A stretch of 64,000 nucleotides of DNA from Eledone cirrhosa (Eukaryota): assembly GCA_964016885.1 (NCBI GenBank), contig OZ024741.1, forward strand, positions 274,598,001 to 274,662,000, read 5' to 3'. Under the pieces are notes generated by a model, which saw only the letters and a program-made list of their open reading frames with translations, made no database searches and was not told the origin of the DNA. This document shows, in pieces, positions 1 through 13,296 of the stretch. The position numbers and the translations under genes are program-made. The stretch's first letter is position 1; each line of letters opens with the position of its first letter.

Positions 1-480
1 CTACTACTACTGATGTCTTGTTTCTGTTGTTTGTGTTGTTGTTACTGCTGTTCTTGTAGCTCTTATTGTTGTTGTTGTTGTTGTTGTTGTCAATTGCTCT
101 TGTTCTAATGATGGCGGTTATGGCGGTAATCATGTTAACAATTTTATTATTATTGGGTGGTGCAGGATTATAACAACTAGTGATGGTAGTGGTGATGGTG
201 CTAGTGGTAGTTGTGGTGGCGGTGCTAGTGGTGGTGGTAGTGGTGGTAGTGGCTGTAGTGTTGATGATCGTAGCGGTGGTGGTGGTGATGGTGGTAGTGG
301 TGGTGGTGGCGGCGGTGCTAGTGGTGGTGGTGATGGTGGTGGTGATGCTGGTGTTAGTGGTGGTGGCGGTGGTGGCATTGGTGGTGATGATGGTGTTAGT
401 GGCGGTTGTGCTAGTGGTGGTGGTCGTGTTGATGGTAGTGATGGTGGCGTCAGCGGCGACGATGGTGATGGTAGTGGTGA
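1..480. repeat. (GTT)n/(GGT)n low-complexity trinucleotide tract
   Basis: Degenerate GTT/GGT/GAT repeats; source of the poly-Val and poly-Pro ORFs. Confidence 0.9.
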
Positions 481-631
481 GGGTGTCTATAAGGTCGCTC
501 AGTGGTTTTGGAGCGGTTGACGTTGTATTTTGCACTCGTGAACACATTTAATGAGAAGTTCTCCTTACCATAACAAGGCTGAATCGGAAATAGAGAAAAT
601 ATATACAGACATTCGTATGTATTCTGTAACT

Positions 632-706
<75 letters not shown>

Positions 707-889
707 ATGTGTGGGTGTAGAGAGGGAAAGAGAACGGGGGGAGAGAGAGAGCGAGAGAGAGGGGGAGAGGAAGAGGGGAGAGAGAAACGTAACTAGGCAG
801 TGCAAAATCAGTTCACTTATACGTGTCCATATATGTACCTATATATAATAGAGGCACAGGATTCTATGGTGTGCAAAACACACACATGC

Positions 890-930
<41 letters not shown>

Positions 931-942
931 TATACATACATA

Positions 943-981
943 TGAACCTGAAGATTGCGAAAGCATGAAAGTACTTGTTCA
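943..981 (+). ncRNA. Minimal type-I hammerhead ribozyme (family F1)
   Basis: TGAAC-CTGAAGA-tTGC GAAA GCAt-GAAA-GTAC-TT-GTTCA: helix I TGAAC/GTTCA, canonical CUGANGA and GAAA boxes, palindromic helix III AGTACT. Confidence 0.85.
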
Positions 982-1020
982 ATTAACATTTAATATTCTA
1001 CCATACTATTTCATTATAAT

Positions 1021-1190
1021 AGAGGGTCGGACGCCATGCTTTGACGCATAGATTTACGGCCCTTGCCATTCTCAGTTCAAATCCCGTCGAGGTTAACTTT
1101 GCCTTTAATCCTTATGGGGTCGATAAAATAAAGTACCAGTAATGCACTGGTTATTTGCTGGCCTTGTGCCAAAAGTAGAAAAAATTATAA
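1021..1190 (+). mobile_element. tRNA-derived SINE (octopus OR-like), 5'-truncated
   Basis: GTTCAAATCC B-box, GCCTTT..ATCC..GGTCGATAAAATAAAGTACCAG core and ATT-rich tail shared with >10 copies in the window. Confidence 0.85.
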
Positions 1191-1529
1191 TTTTAAAGGA
1201 TTGTAAATAAAACGAGTAAATCAGACAAACCTGGAATTCCTTTTATTAATATAATCTTCTATATACAATCATACACACCCGTGTACATATATATATTTCT
1301 ACCCCCCCATTGTTCTACCTACCGTTCCGACTTCCTCCCCCTCCCCCTCCCCTGTATCTTCTTTGACCTCATGCCCAGCTGTAGCTGGCACTACCAACGC
1401 TTGATTGGGTCTACTCCACCCCCTCCCCTCTTTCTCCTACTGGCAGATTTAGCCACCATCTCCCCTACTAATTTGCAACCACAGAATTACTACTGATTTT
1501 TGACAATCACTTTGACCATATATGGAATT

Positions 1530-1623
1530 ACCCCTTGAGAAGATCGGCTATTTAAATACCAGGATAAATTTTCATTTAGTCCAGAATTAGCCGTCGAAAC
1601 GGCTTGAGCTCAGCTGTCGGGGT
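1530..1623 (+). ncRNA. Type-I hammerhead ribozyme with U3-A8 core (family F2)
   Basis: ACCCC-TTGAGAA-GATCGGCTATT...AATTAGCCGTC-GAAA; helix III ACGGCT/AGCTGT with TGAGCTCA palindrome; GTC site; GGGGT closes helix I; element ends at 1637 on (TA)n. Confidence 0.75.
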
Positions 1624-1635
1624 CTTACTGGTTCC

Positions 1636-1711
<76 letters not shown>

Positions 1712-1717
<6 letters not shown>

Positions 1718-1985
1718 TCGCTCTACATGGCTACAAAAAATGTAATCTGAGTTTTTCGAATATTAATAATAATTTTCGATTTGTTTGCAATTATGCAAAC
1801 AAGCCTCATTTTTAAAACCCTGTCAGTAGAATGAACCCCTCGTTATTGCTCTTATGTTGGCATGTGTTTACATGTTTACATGCCAACACAAGAGCAAGAA
1901 TGAAGATTTCATTCTACTGACATGGCTTTAAAAATGAGGCTTGTTTGCATAATTGCAAACGAATCGAATATTATTATTAATATTC

Positions 1986-1988
<3 letters not shown>
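1712..1988 (-). mobile_element. (TA)n-flanked fold-back element F3
   Basis: Inverted arms ~1755-1865 / ~1879-1988, plus ~44 nt tail on the left; (TA)n on both sides; no clear HHR core. Confidence 0.75.
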
Positions 1989-2069
<81 letters not shown>

Positions 2070-2430
2070 CTCACGAGTCAAGAAGGGAGTTGATCAACAG
2101 ATGGGACCAAGGAAATGTTTCCTTTGGTCTTTCTATTATTGATACTATCTGTTGGTCGCAGCTCTTTTCAGAAAGAGACGGGACTTGAACTAAGAACCAA
2201 CAACAACAGTATTAATAATAAGAACAACAACAACAATGCATGCATGGTCCCGTAACTCTAGATAGAGTCGTAGAGGCACCGTATTGACATACGGCGTTTC
2301 TTGAGGCCCTTTCTTTTAAACCTGGCGGAATCCATCTTCTCTCCAGGTCTGAATACAGCAGATTTCTTCCACAGAAGAATAGAGGAATAGAGTGTGAACG
2401 AATGGAAGTGAGAAATGTATATAGAGGAAT

Positions 2431-2583
2431 AATCGACCCCAGTAGTAGACTGGTACTACGTTTTTATCGACCTCGAATGGATGAATGGCAAAGTTGATCT
2501 CGGCAGGATTTGCACTCAGAGAACAGAGACGGAACAAATACCACGAAGGATTCTATGACATTCTAAAGACTGTCAATTCGCCG
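2431..2583 (-). mobile_element. Diverged OR-like SINE
   Basis: Reverse complement of the SINE core (CTGGTACT..TTTATCGACCTCGAATGGATGAATGGC). Confidence 0.7.
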
Positions 2584-2939
2584 TGTTAGTACTGGATAAA
2601 ATACATATAAATGTATAAATTACTAATAAATTTGTTTAAATAAAAATCTAAAAATAAATAAATAAATCCACTGTGTCTATTTTTTTACTGAAACGATTAA
2701 TCATAATGCGCATGCTCAAACACTACACAAAAACTGTTAAATACAATTGTGATTTGAGGAAAGGAATGTATATTTTAGTGTTTGTTTATTCCATTCATCA
2801 ACAAGGAAAAGTTGAAAAAAAAAAACGTAAAGTTTGTAGAAACGCTATAAGTATTTTATGTTGTTTCAGCAGACAATGATTACTTGTTTGTTTGTATGTG
2901 TATATGAGGGTATGTAAGCGCGTGTGTGTGTGTGTGTGC

Positions 2940-3002
<63 letters not shown>

Positions 3003-3191
3003 TATGTGTGTGTGCGTGTGTGTGTGCGTGCGTGTGTATGTTTCTGTGTGTCAACACGCGAGCGATCACTTGATTGTTTGTTCTCTATTTCTCACTATTT
3101 ACCTGTTATTTTGGTCAGTATATATACTCCTCCTTCAGCCAATATGTTAATTTTCTCTCTAGCTCTCCTTTATTCTCTTTCTCTCTACCCG

Positions 3192-3255
<64 letters not shown>

Positions 3256-3257
3256 TA

Positions 3258-3764
3258 TATTATATTTTGAGAATAAACTCTCAGTCGTTTACAATAAATC
3301 AGCTCCAAGAAAGGGGCATTTCCGAGCAGTTAAATACATTAATATATATGATAAACACAAAACGTGTTTGCATTGCAACAGACAAAGTTAGCTATTAATG
3401 AAATAAACTAATTAAAGTGAATACAATTTGTCTGTCTCGATATAAGTCAATAAAGACAAGCTTATATTGGCAAAGGCCGTGATTCCTGGACAAATCTAAA
3501 TTTCAAAATCCAAACCCGCTCTGTAGATGAATTTGAACCTCAAAACCTAAATATGTTTCGCAACGATGGTACATGAATTGAAAAATAAAGAGAATCGAAA
3601 TGGAATTGAAATAAAAAGTGAAATATCCAAATCTTCTGTGCTTATCTTTATTGACTTATATCGAGACAGACAAATTGTATTCACTTTAATTAGTTTATTT
3701 CATTAATAGCTAACTTTGTCTGTTGCAATGCAAACACGTTTTGTGTTTATCATATATATTAATG

Positions 3765-3768
<4 letters not shown>
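3258..3768 (-). mobile_element. (TA)n-flanked fold-back element F4
   Basis: Near-perfect inverted arms 3333-3461 / 3640-3768, 178-nt spacer, ~75 nt left tail. Confidence 0.8.
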
Positions 3769-3808
<40 letters not shown>

Positions 3809-3833
3809 CAACAATATGACTCTCCCCAAGTAT

Positions 3834-3868
<35 letters not shown>

Positions 3869-3875
<7 letters not shown>

Positions 3876-4413
3876 ATACTTGGGGAGGGTCATATTGTTG
3901 TAATATATTGCCAGAAATAATAACAGAACACACTCACTGTTTGGTTGGTTTTCGCTTCTGTATCTTTTATATCTCCACAGTTAATTCATTCGGTCCTCAA
4001 TGTTTATCATTGACTGACCAACGGTCAAAAATACAGATATAATATAGATATAAACACATATATATAGTCTAACAAAGTTCTTTCGTTGCACATCTGCAAC
4101 ATCAACAGTGGAACTATTATGTTCCTCCTGTAACAACGAAAGAACTTTGTTAAGCTATATATATGTTTTTATATCTATATTATATCTGTATTTTTGACCG
4201 TTGGTCAGTCAATGATAAACATTGAGGACCAAATGAATTAACTGTGGAGATATAAAAAATACAGAAGCGAAAACCAACCAAACAGTGAATGTATTCTGTT
4301 ATTATTTCTGGCAATATTATTACAACAATATGACCCTCCCCAAGTATAACAATATTTGTTTCGACACACGATTTCATATAAAAAACCTCGCAAAACAAAT
4401 TCATCGCCGCCAT

Positions 4414-4415
<2 letters not shown>
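3869..4415 (+). mobile_element. (TA)n-flanked fold-back element F5
   Basis: Inverted arms 3869-4088 / 4133-4355, tail 4356-4415; further end fragments at 3806-3840 and ~18004-18040. Confidence 0.8.
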
Positions 4416-4450
<35 letters not shown>

Positions 4451-5136
4451 ATATATATGTGTGCGTGTGTGTGTGTTTTCAAGCTTGACATCTTGATATT
4501 GGACCAGCCAGCCAGCCATCCAACCAGCAAACAAACAACATGTCAGGTACTATATAATAGAGATGATATCGAACCGTTTAAGTGAAAGCGAAATTTCCAG
4601 ACGGAAAATCTAAAACCGAAGCGAAAACACAAACGACGGAACAACATTAGTTTCTCTCTAAATGCGGCTTCAAGTGAAAATTGTAAAAAGAAAACAGAGA
4701 ACGTTAAATCTAACTGGATAAAGTAATTGTCAAAATTGTAGTTAAATTAGAAAAAAGAGAAACTGTTAAATGCAAAGGAAATTGTATTCACATTTCGTTC
4801 TTTCTGTTTCATTGGCAGCATAGACTCTTTTACTCTTTTACCTGTTCCAGGCGACTGATTGAGACCAGACTGGAGCACCGGCATATAAATAAAGGTCAGT
4901 ACCTCGATATTACGGTGGCAGCATACATAAACAAAATAGGTATCTTTCGTTATATAAAATAGGTAGATTTTATTATTTCTATAGAAACAGGAAGTACGTT
5001 TCGTTGGTTACAATTCGGTTTCCGATTTTCTGTCTTCATTTTAATGGAACTTTAAAATAGGATTGCCATTAACTAATTAACTGCCATTAATTAATTGCCA
5101 TTAATTAATTAACTGCTATGTGAGTATGTACACATA

Positions 5137-5186
<50 letters not shown>

Positions 5187-5228
5187 AATGAAGGATTTAC
5201 TATCCTTTATAACAAGTTCTTTATACAA

Positions 5229-5266
5229 TTCTTACATGATATTTCACCCGCATTCTCTTCAGAGAA
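5229..5266 (-). ncRNA. Hammerhead-like motif with defective helix II
   Basis: Minus strand TTCT-CTGAAGA-gaatgcgggt-GAAA-TATCATG-TA-AGAA. Confidence 0.5.
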
Positions 5267-5305
5267 ATCTGTTTGTTAATAAGTATATATATATATATAT
5301 ATATA

Positions 5306-5746
5306 TGCAGAGGTTATATTTAATTTGTTGGGATTCAACAAGCTTAAAAATGTTTATAACTGATATAAATCACTCAACAAGTTAGTGGAGTAAATACACA
5401 ATATATTAATAAATGGAAACTATATTTATAAAACCATATTTATTTTATTATATATATTTCAAGGGCAACCAAGGCAAATTATGGTGCGCTTTCATCAGAT
5501 AAAAACAGATTTGTTTTATAAATAAATATTGACATACCCGGAAAAAAGACAACCTTAACGGTTGGAGCTTCCTGGATATTTATTTATAAATATTTATTTA
5601 TAAAACAAATTTATAAATATTTATTTATAAAACAAATCTGCATTTTATCTGATGAAAAAGCGCACCATAATTTGTCTTGGTTGCCCTTGAAATAAATATA
5701 ATAAAATAAATATGGTTTTATAAATATAGTTTTCATTTATTTATAT

Positions 5747-5752
<6 letters not shown>
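5306..5752 (-). mobile_element. Fold-back element F6 with an HHR in each arm (5443-5504 minus, 5643-5706 plus)
   Basis: Arms ~5397-5530 / ~5615-5752, left tail ~90 nt; TTTTAT-CTGATGA-helix II-GAAA-TATATA-TA-ATAAAA. Confidence 0.8.
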
Positions 5753-5804
<52 letters not shown>

Positions 5805-5830
5805 TGTAATAAACAACATAAGGCAATTAT

Positions 5831-5888
5831 TCCATTTACCAGTGGTTTCTTAAAAGCAAAAAATTTTGCTTTCAATCCTCAGAATTAA
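5831..5888 (-). ncRNA. Type-I hammerhead ribozyme (family F8, single arm 5801-5935)
   Basis: Minus strand CTGAGGA-ttgaaagcaaaa..ttttgcttttaa-GAAA-CCACTGG-TA; homologous to 40088-40273. Confidence 0.75.
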
Positions 5889-5933
5889 AAAATCCTGGTC
5901 TGTTTATTGAATTTGGATTTTAAAAACTAACTA

Positions 5934-5976
<43 letters not shown>

Positions 5977-6009
5977 GAAGGTAGATTAATATCTTTTTAT
6001 ATATCTAGT

Positions 6010-6081
6010 GATTCTGACGATTTCTCTACAGAGGAATTAAATGTTACCTCCTTCTGTTTACGAATGAAACATATGTAAATC
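6010..6081 (+). ncRNA. Type-I hammerhead ribozyme (family F9)
   Basis: GATT-CTGACGA-irregular helix II-GAAA-CATATG-TA-AATC; element lies between (TA)n tracts. Confidence 0.7.
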
Positions 6082-6125
6082 TATTAAATATTGTATTAAT
6101 GTATTAAACCTTGGTGATTTATTTA

Positions 6126-6621
<496 letters not shown>

Positions 6622-7089
6622 TTATTTAACATTACGTATTTGTATATCAGGTATTTGACAATAATATCACAATTCAACCCCCCTTTTTACATCCTAAACT
6701 CACCCAACACCCACACTGACACACCCATACCTCACCAGTGCAAACATAATTGTTGTTCCCCTGACATTACCTTCTGTTCCAAACAGTTACCCAAACCACC
6801 TGACAAACACCTGCCCTGCTCTGCCCTCTCCCACAAATTCTCTTCTGACTACATAACCACCATCGACACAAAACACTCACATATCAATGAACAAGACAAT
6901 AACTCTTTTATAATCTTTAAAAAAAGGCCCAGAGGATTTGGTTCTATGAAAAAACAATAACAGGTTTTTTTGTGTTGTTGATGTAGGGTTTTTTGTCCTC
7001 CCAGTTCAACAACATTATAATCCTTAATATAGATACTTCCCAAAAATATCATATCCCACAAGGAGACATAAAAGACGCATCCGTGATTA

Positions 7090-7487
7090 AGCACACACAC
7101 ACATATACACACACACTCACAAACACACAGATACACACATATATATATATACTCACACGCACACTCATACATACACACACACTCACAAGCACACACAGAT
7201 ACACACATATATATATACTCACACGCACACTCATACATACACACACACTCACAAGCACACACAGATACACACATATATATATATATACTCACACGCACAC
7301 TCATACATACACACACACTCACAAGCAGACACAGATATACACATATGTATATATATACTCACACACACTCTCACGCATGCTCACACATTGCCACATACTC
7401 ATACACACTTATATATTCACACACTAACACACACACACTCACACAGATACACACAAACTCACACAAGCTCACACAGATATACATATA

Positions 7488-7574
<87 letters not shown>

Positions 7575-9619
7575 ACACAGATACTCACGCACTCATTCAA
7601 ACACACATAGATATATATACTCACAAACTCACACACATACACATATCTATATACATATTCACACATACATACATACATACATACATACATACATACATAC
7701 ATACATACATACATGCTTAAGTTCACACATACACACTCTCTCACACGCACACATGCGCAAACATACATACACACACTTACAAATACACAATCACAAATAC
7801 ACACTCACAGAGTCACTCACGCATACTCACACACACATATACTCACACACACACATACACATTTACACATTTACACAGTTACACACCTAAACTACACACA
7901 CGAGAGTCATATAAAACAACATAATGTAACCAAACAACAATAAAAGAACACCATAAGACATCACCACCATCACCACCACCACAACCGCACCATCACCACC
8001 ACCACAACCGCACCAATACCACCACCACAACCACCACCTCCCCCACCACCAACACCAAGACCAACACCGCCACAACCGCACCACTACCACCACCACCACC
8101 TCCCCCAACACCACCACCAACACCAAGACCAACACCGCCACAACCGCACCACTACCACCACCACCACCACCACCACCTCCCCCACCACCACCACCAACAC
8201 CAAGAACAACACTGCCGCCACCATCAACACCACCACCACCGCCGCCACCATCAACACCACCACCACAACCGCACCACTACCACCACCACAACCACCACCT
8301 CCCCCAACACCACCACCAACACCAAGACCAACGCCGCCGCCACCATCAACACCACCACCGCCGCCACCATCAACACCACCACCACCGCCGCCACCATCAA
8401 CACCACCACCACAACCGCACCACTACCACCACCACAACCACCACCTCCCCCAACACCACCACCAACACCAAGACCAACGCCGCCGCCACCATCAACACCA
8501 CCACCGCCGCCACCATCACCACCACCACCACAACCGCACCACTACCACCACCATCACCACAACCACCACCTCCCCCACCACCACCACCACCACAACCGCA
8601 CCACTACCACCACCACAACCACCACAACCACCACCTCCCCCACCACCAACACCAAGACCAACGCCGCCGCCACCATCAACACCAACACCACCGCCGCCAC
8701 CATCAACACCACCACCACCATCAACACTACCACCACCATCACCACCACCACCACAAACACCACCTCCCCCACCACCAACACCAACACCAAGACCAACACC
8801 GCCGCCACCATCAACACCACCACCACCACCACCATCAACACCAACACCACCATCACCACCACCATCACCACCACCATAAATACCCCCACCCCCAGACCAC
8901 CACCACCACCATCAACACCACCACCATAAACACCACCACCACCAACACCACCACCACCAACACCACCACTACCATCAACACCACCACAACCGCACCACTA
9001 CCACCACCACCACCACAACCACCACCTCCCCCACCACCACCACCAACACCAAGACCAACGCCGCCGCCACCATCAACACCAACACCACCGCCGCTACCAT
9101 CAACACCACCAACGCCACCAACAACAAGACCACCACCACAACCACGACAACCACCACCTCCCCCACCACCACCAACAACAACAAGACCAACGCCACCACC
9201 ACCACCACCACCACCACCATCAACACCATCAACACTACCACCACCATCACCACCACCATCACCACCACCATATATAGCCCACCCCCACTCCGCCACCAAC
9301 AACGACACCACCACCACCATCAACACCACCACCACCAACACCACCACGACCATCAACACCACCACAACCGCACCACTACCACCACCACCACAACCCCCAA
9401 CCCCCCACCACCACCAACAACAACAAGACCAACGCCGCCGCCACCATCAACACCACCACCACCATCAACACCAACACCACCATCAACACCACCATAAATA
9501 CCCCCACCCCCACCTCACCCCACCACCAACAACGACACCACCACCACCATAAACACCACCACCACCACCAACACCACCACCACCATCAACACCACCACCA
9601 CCATTTCTACGGAAATACT

Positions 9620-9680
<61 letters not shown>
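7090..9680. repeat. (CA)n-derived then (CAC/CCA)n-derived minisatellite field
   Basis: Degenerate dinucleotide and trinucleotide repeats with higher-order units. Confidence 0.9.
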
Positions 9681-9688
<8 letters not shown>

Positions 9689-9918
9689 GGTTTGTCAAAT
9701 TATCCTGAGTTGGTTTTCTCGTTGTTTTGATCCCTGCGGCTGGCTTACCGGTCGCAGTCTTCAATTTGCCAAGCTGTCTAAACGTAATGTTATTACTCTT
9801 ATTGAGTGCTTAGCTGCACATTCCGATTGCATTCGTTAGCATAGCTGAACTTCCATTTGTATATATATATATATATACCAATAAAGGACTTTAACATCTG
9901 AAACTACTTATATATATA

Positions 9919-11502
9919 GCCCTGATAGACTTGACCGCAGAGACTCCCGCAACCACTGAGGTACTCAAAGTCTGCGAGGACCATATCACCAGGCAAGAGA
10001 CGAGAGATGCGATTAGCCACTTGAGGAACGGCAAAGCAGGCGGACTGAATGAGATCTCTGCTGAGCTGCTCAAATTCGGTGAGGAGAGCATGATAACGGC
10101 GTTGACAGACTTGATGAACCAATGCTGGAGGTTTGGTCGGGTTCCCCTTGAGTGGTGGTCTCAGAGTGGTGTCATCGTCAAACTGCCGAAGAAGGGAAAC
10201 CTGGCAGACTGCAACAACTGGCGTGGTATCACATTGCTGTCAGTCCCAGGCAAGGCGTTCTGCACTGTGCTGCTGCGTCGACTCTGGCAAGCTGTCGTCT
10301 CTGTGCTCCGGGAGGAACAAGCTGGCTTCCGAAAAAATCTATCTTGCATGGAACAGATCTTTACACTACGCAACATTCTCGAACAATGCGTTGAGCTACA
10401 ACAGCCTTTGGCGGTCAATTTTATTGATTTCCAGAAGGCATTCGACAGTGTACACCGGGAGTCACTGTGGAATGTTGCGCAGCTGTACGGCATTCCTGCA
10501 AGATTCATCGCCATTTTCAAGGCCCTGTATGAAAACTCCAGCTGCTGCGTGCGGACTGAGTCCGGTGTGACGGAGTTCTTTGACATTGTCTCCGGAGTCA
10601 GACAGGGTTGCATTCTCTCTCCACTGCTGTTCCTGCTGGCAGACGATTTCGTACTTAGGCGAATGAATGAAGGACCCGGTCGAGGAATCCCATGGAGAAG
10701 GCAGTTGAGGCTGAAGGACCTGGCATTCGCCGACAAGATCGCTTTGATCGCTGAAAACAGTGCAGATCTGCAGGCCCTAACAATATCCCTACAAGAGAGT
10801 GCGAAAAAGATCGGCCTGAGAATCAACACCAAAAAGACCAAGGTCATGAGAACGGCCAGCAACACAGGTCCAGTGATCAGAGTCAACCAACAGGACCTCG
10901 AGGAAGTCGATCACTTCACCTATCTGGGCAGCATCCTGACAAGCAGCGGCGACGCGGGGCTCGACATCAACTCTCGGATCGGCAAAGGAGCCGCAGTTTT
11001 CCAGCGGCTGTCCCTAGTCTTGTCGTCTTCATGCATTAGCACCAAGACCAAGCTCCGCCTGTACAAGAGCATCGTGCTGCCGACAGTGCTTTATGCGAGC
11101 GAGACCTGGAAGAGTACGGCAAAAATAGAGAGACGGCTGAACACTTTCCACCAGCGGTGCCTGCGAAAGATCCTTCGTGTGTCCTGGTGCGACCGAGTAC
11201 GAAACGAGGAGAGCCGAGTCGTGGACGCTACATAGAGTGGTCACGAAGCGTCGGTGTTGTCTGGCTGGCCATATTCTGCGTCTGCCAAATGAACGGCATT
11301 CGAAAACAGCGATGAACTGGACCCCGCCTGGCGGTAAACGGAGGCGGGGTTGCCCAAGCATCACCTGGCGACGAACGTTCCGGAAGAACCTGATGGCAGC
11401 CAACATCGCCTGGCACGGTCTCGAAAAAGTTGCCGCTGATCGTGACCGTTGGTGAGTACTTAATGCTCGATGCGCCGAACGGCGCGGAAGAATCTAAGAC
11501 TA

Positions 11503-11505
<3 letters not shown>
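9919..11505 (+). mobile_element. 5'-truncated RTE-clade LINE inserted in (TA)n
   Basis: RT-like ORF, RTE-type C-terminus (GKRRRGCPSITWRRT..AADRDRW), (CTAAGA)2 tail, (TA)n on both sides, no endonuclease domain. Confidence 0.92.
9931..11235 (+). pseudogene. Non-LTR reverse transcriptase (RTE clade), inactivated
   Basis: Motifs KAGGLNEI, NWRGITLL, EQAGFR, FIDFQKAFDSV, GVRQGCILSPLLF, FTYLGS; catalytic FADD reads FADK; frameshift near 11210 continues in the 11177-11455 frame. Confidence 0.9.
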
Positions 11506-11571
<66 letters not shown>

Positions 11572-11576
<5 letters not shown>

Positions 11577-12146
11577 AAAGTATATATCCCTCCACGCAAA
11601 AAGCGTGTAGGGACACATCTATTGCCCAGCCATATGCCAATGTGGTCAATGGTAGGTTAATAAATTAACGAGCCAGAACATATAATCAAGGTTTACCAAA
11701 TAAGAAAAAGTTTCAAAATATATTTCAAAAAATTCACTGTACTTACTATGGTTACCTTTACCGAATCGGTTTCGACTCTCAAAAATAAATGGACAGTCCT
11801 TGCGGGCTTCCATTGAAAAGATAAACTCTCGTCAGAAGGTTCTTTTCACTCGGAGAATATAAAATTCCCGAGTTCGAATTACGAACTGGCGCTATTCAAA
11901 ATTGTTCCCGAGATGAGAATGAATGATGTGGAAGCAATTCTGTCCAGTGCCGTGTGCAAAGATAGTAGGCAGAGGCAGGGAGGTCAATCTACTACCACTA
12001 TAAATAGCAGTAGTCAAAACGACCAAATTTTATCTCGACCAAGAGGAGATTAATAATAATAAAGTATATATCTCTACACGCAAAAAGCGTATAGGGACAC
12101 ATGTATTGTCCAGCCATATGCCAATCGGGTTCAATGGCAGGTTAAT
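11572..12146 (-). mobile_element. Retrozyme-like element F10 with ~90-bp direct terminal repeats
   Basis: Direct repeats 11572-11661 and 12056-12146 (period ~484 bp), internal HHR, (TA)n on both sides, no ORF. Confidence 0.75.
11754..11840 (-). ncRNA. Type-I hammerhead ribozyme (F10)
   Basis: Minus strand ACCTT-CTGACGA-helix II-GAAA-CCGATTCGG-TA-AAGGT. Confidence 0.8.
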
Positions 12147-12165
12147 ATATATATATATATATATA

Positions 12166-12365
12166 TTCCTTTTATTAAGGCTAAATAGTGAGTTTTGTTG
12201 CTCTGGAGTTTCGCTTTTTTATCACAGGGTCATCAAACAAGAACTTGTCTGACGATACATTGCCAAAACTACAGAGTAACGAGACTCACTATTTAGCCTT
12301 AATAAAATGAATATTACAACTCTACTTCGGTATAAAGTACTCCTTTCTCGCAGCCGACAACCACA
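12166..12365 (+). mobile_element. Older fold-back element F11 with two degenerate HHRs
   Basis: Arms 12166-~12243 / ~12244-12311, tail to ~12365; arms carry different core mutations (TTGATGA..GAAA vs CTGACGA..AAAA). Confidence 0.65.
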
Positions 12366-12410
12366 TACGGATACACATACATACACACACGCACAAACAT
12401 ATATATATAT

Positions 12411-12493
<83 letters not shown>

Positions 12494-12943
12494 TTCTTTA
12501 TTTGCCACAGGGGCGTACAAAAATGGGACATTACAAAACGTGACGGCGGGGGTTTTACATAAAATCTTTAACAATGGCGAATAACAATAAACTATATATA
12601 AAATAAAACAATTGAAATCCCCATTAGGGCGTGGATAGAACATTCCTCAACACCAGGAGCACGTTTTCCCGTCTTTCCCCTGTTTATCTTCCTCAATCTA
12701 CAGGTTTATATACAGAGATAGATAGATAGACAGAGAAATATAGTTCCACACAGAAGCATTAAGCAATCCATGCTACAGTAGACGACATTTATACATAGCT
12801 GTAAATGTATGTGTGTGTGTGTGTGAGAAAGATGGATAGATATGTGAAAACATAACTAGACTACCACAAACACACCTACATATATACACACACACGTGTG
12901 TGTGTATATATATATATATATGTGTATATATGTATATATATAT

Positions 12944-13015
12944 TGACGTAAATGGGAGTCGAACCCATATCTTTGGTTATCCAGACCACTGTGCTACCAT
13001 TTACACCAACACATC
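12944..13015 (-). tRNA. tRNA-like cloverleaf (pseudogene or element-borne; apparent anticodon GGA)
   Basis: Minus strand GATGTGT..TTACGTC acceptor, GTGT/GCAC D-stem, TGGT/ACCA anticodon stem, GGTTCGACTCC B-box; no oligo-T terminator. Confidence 0.55.
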
Positions 13016-13296
13016 ACCCATCTCTTTCCATTCAAATTAGAAGCTACATTCTTAGCGAGTACAAATAACAATGTTTTGAAACAGTGAGCAGGTTTGAAAT
13101 TAGAAAATGGAATAGCTTTCACCGTATTTTTTTACTAAAGAAATTTTAGTCTGATAATGGGGTTCTAAAATTTTAGCCTGCTAATGGGGTTCTAAACCCC
13201 ATTATCAGACTAAAATTTATCAGACTAAAAATACAGTGAAAGCTATTCTATTTTCTAATTTCAAACCTGCTCACTGTTTCAAAACATATTTACTTG

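Larger units (their letters stand above)
943..1253 (+). mobile_element. HHR-bearing PLE/retrozyme-like element F1, interrupted by a SINE
   Basis: Colinear with 63709-63866 except for the SINE at 1021-1190. Confidence 0.75.

Noticed and set aside
9690-9860. Hammerhead on the minus strand (TTGAAGA followed by a CTGCG..CGCAG hairpin)
   Set aside because: No GAAA box after the hairpin and no convincing helix I or III
10133-11406. Alternative-frame and antisense ORFs over the RT
   Set aside because: Shadow ORFs of a GC-rich coding sequence
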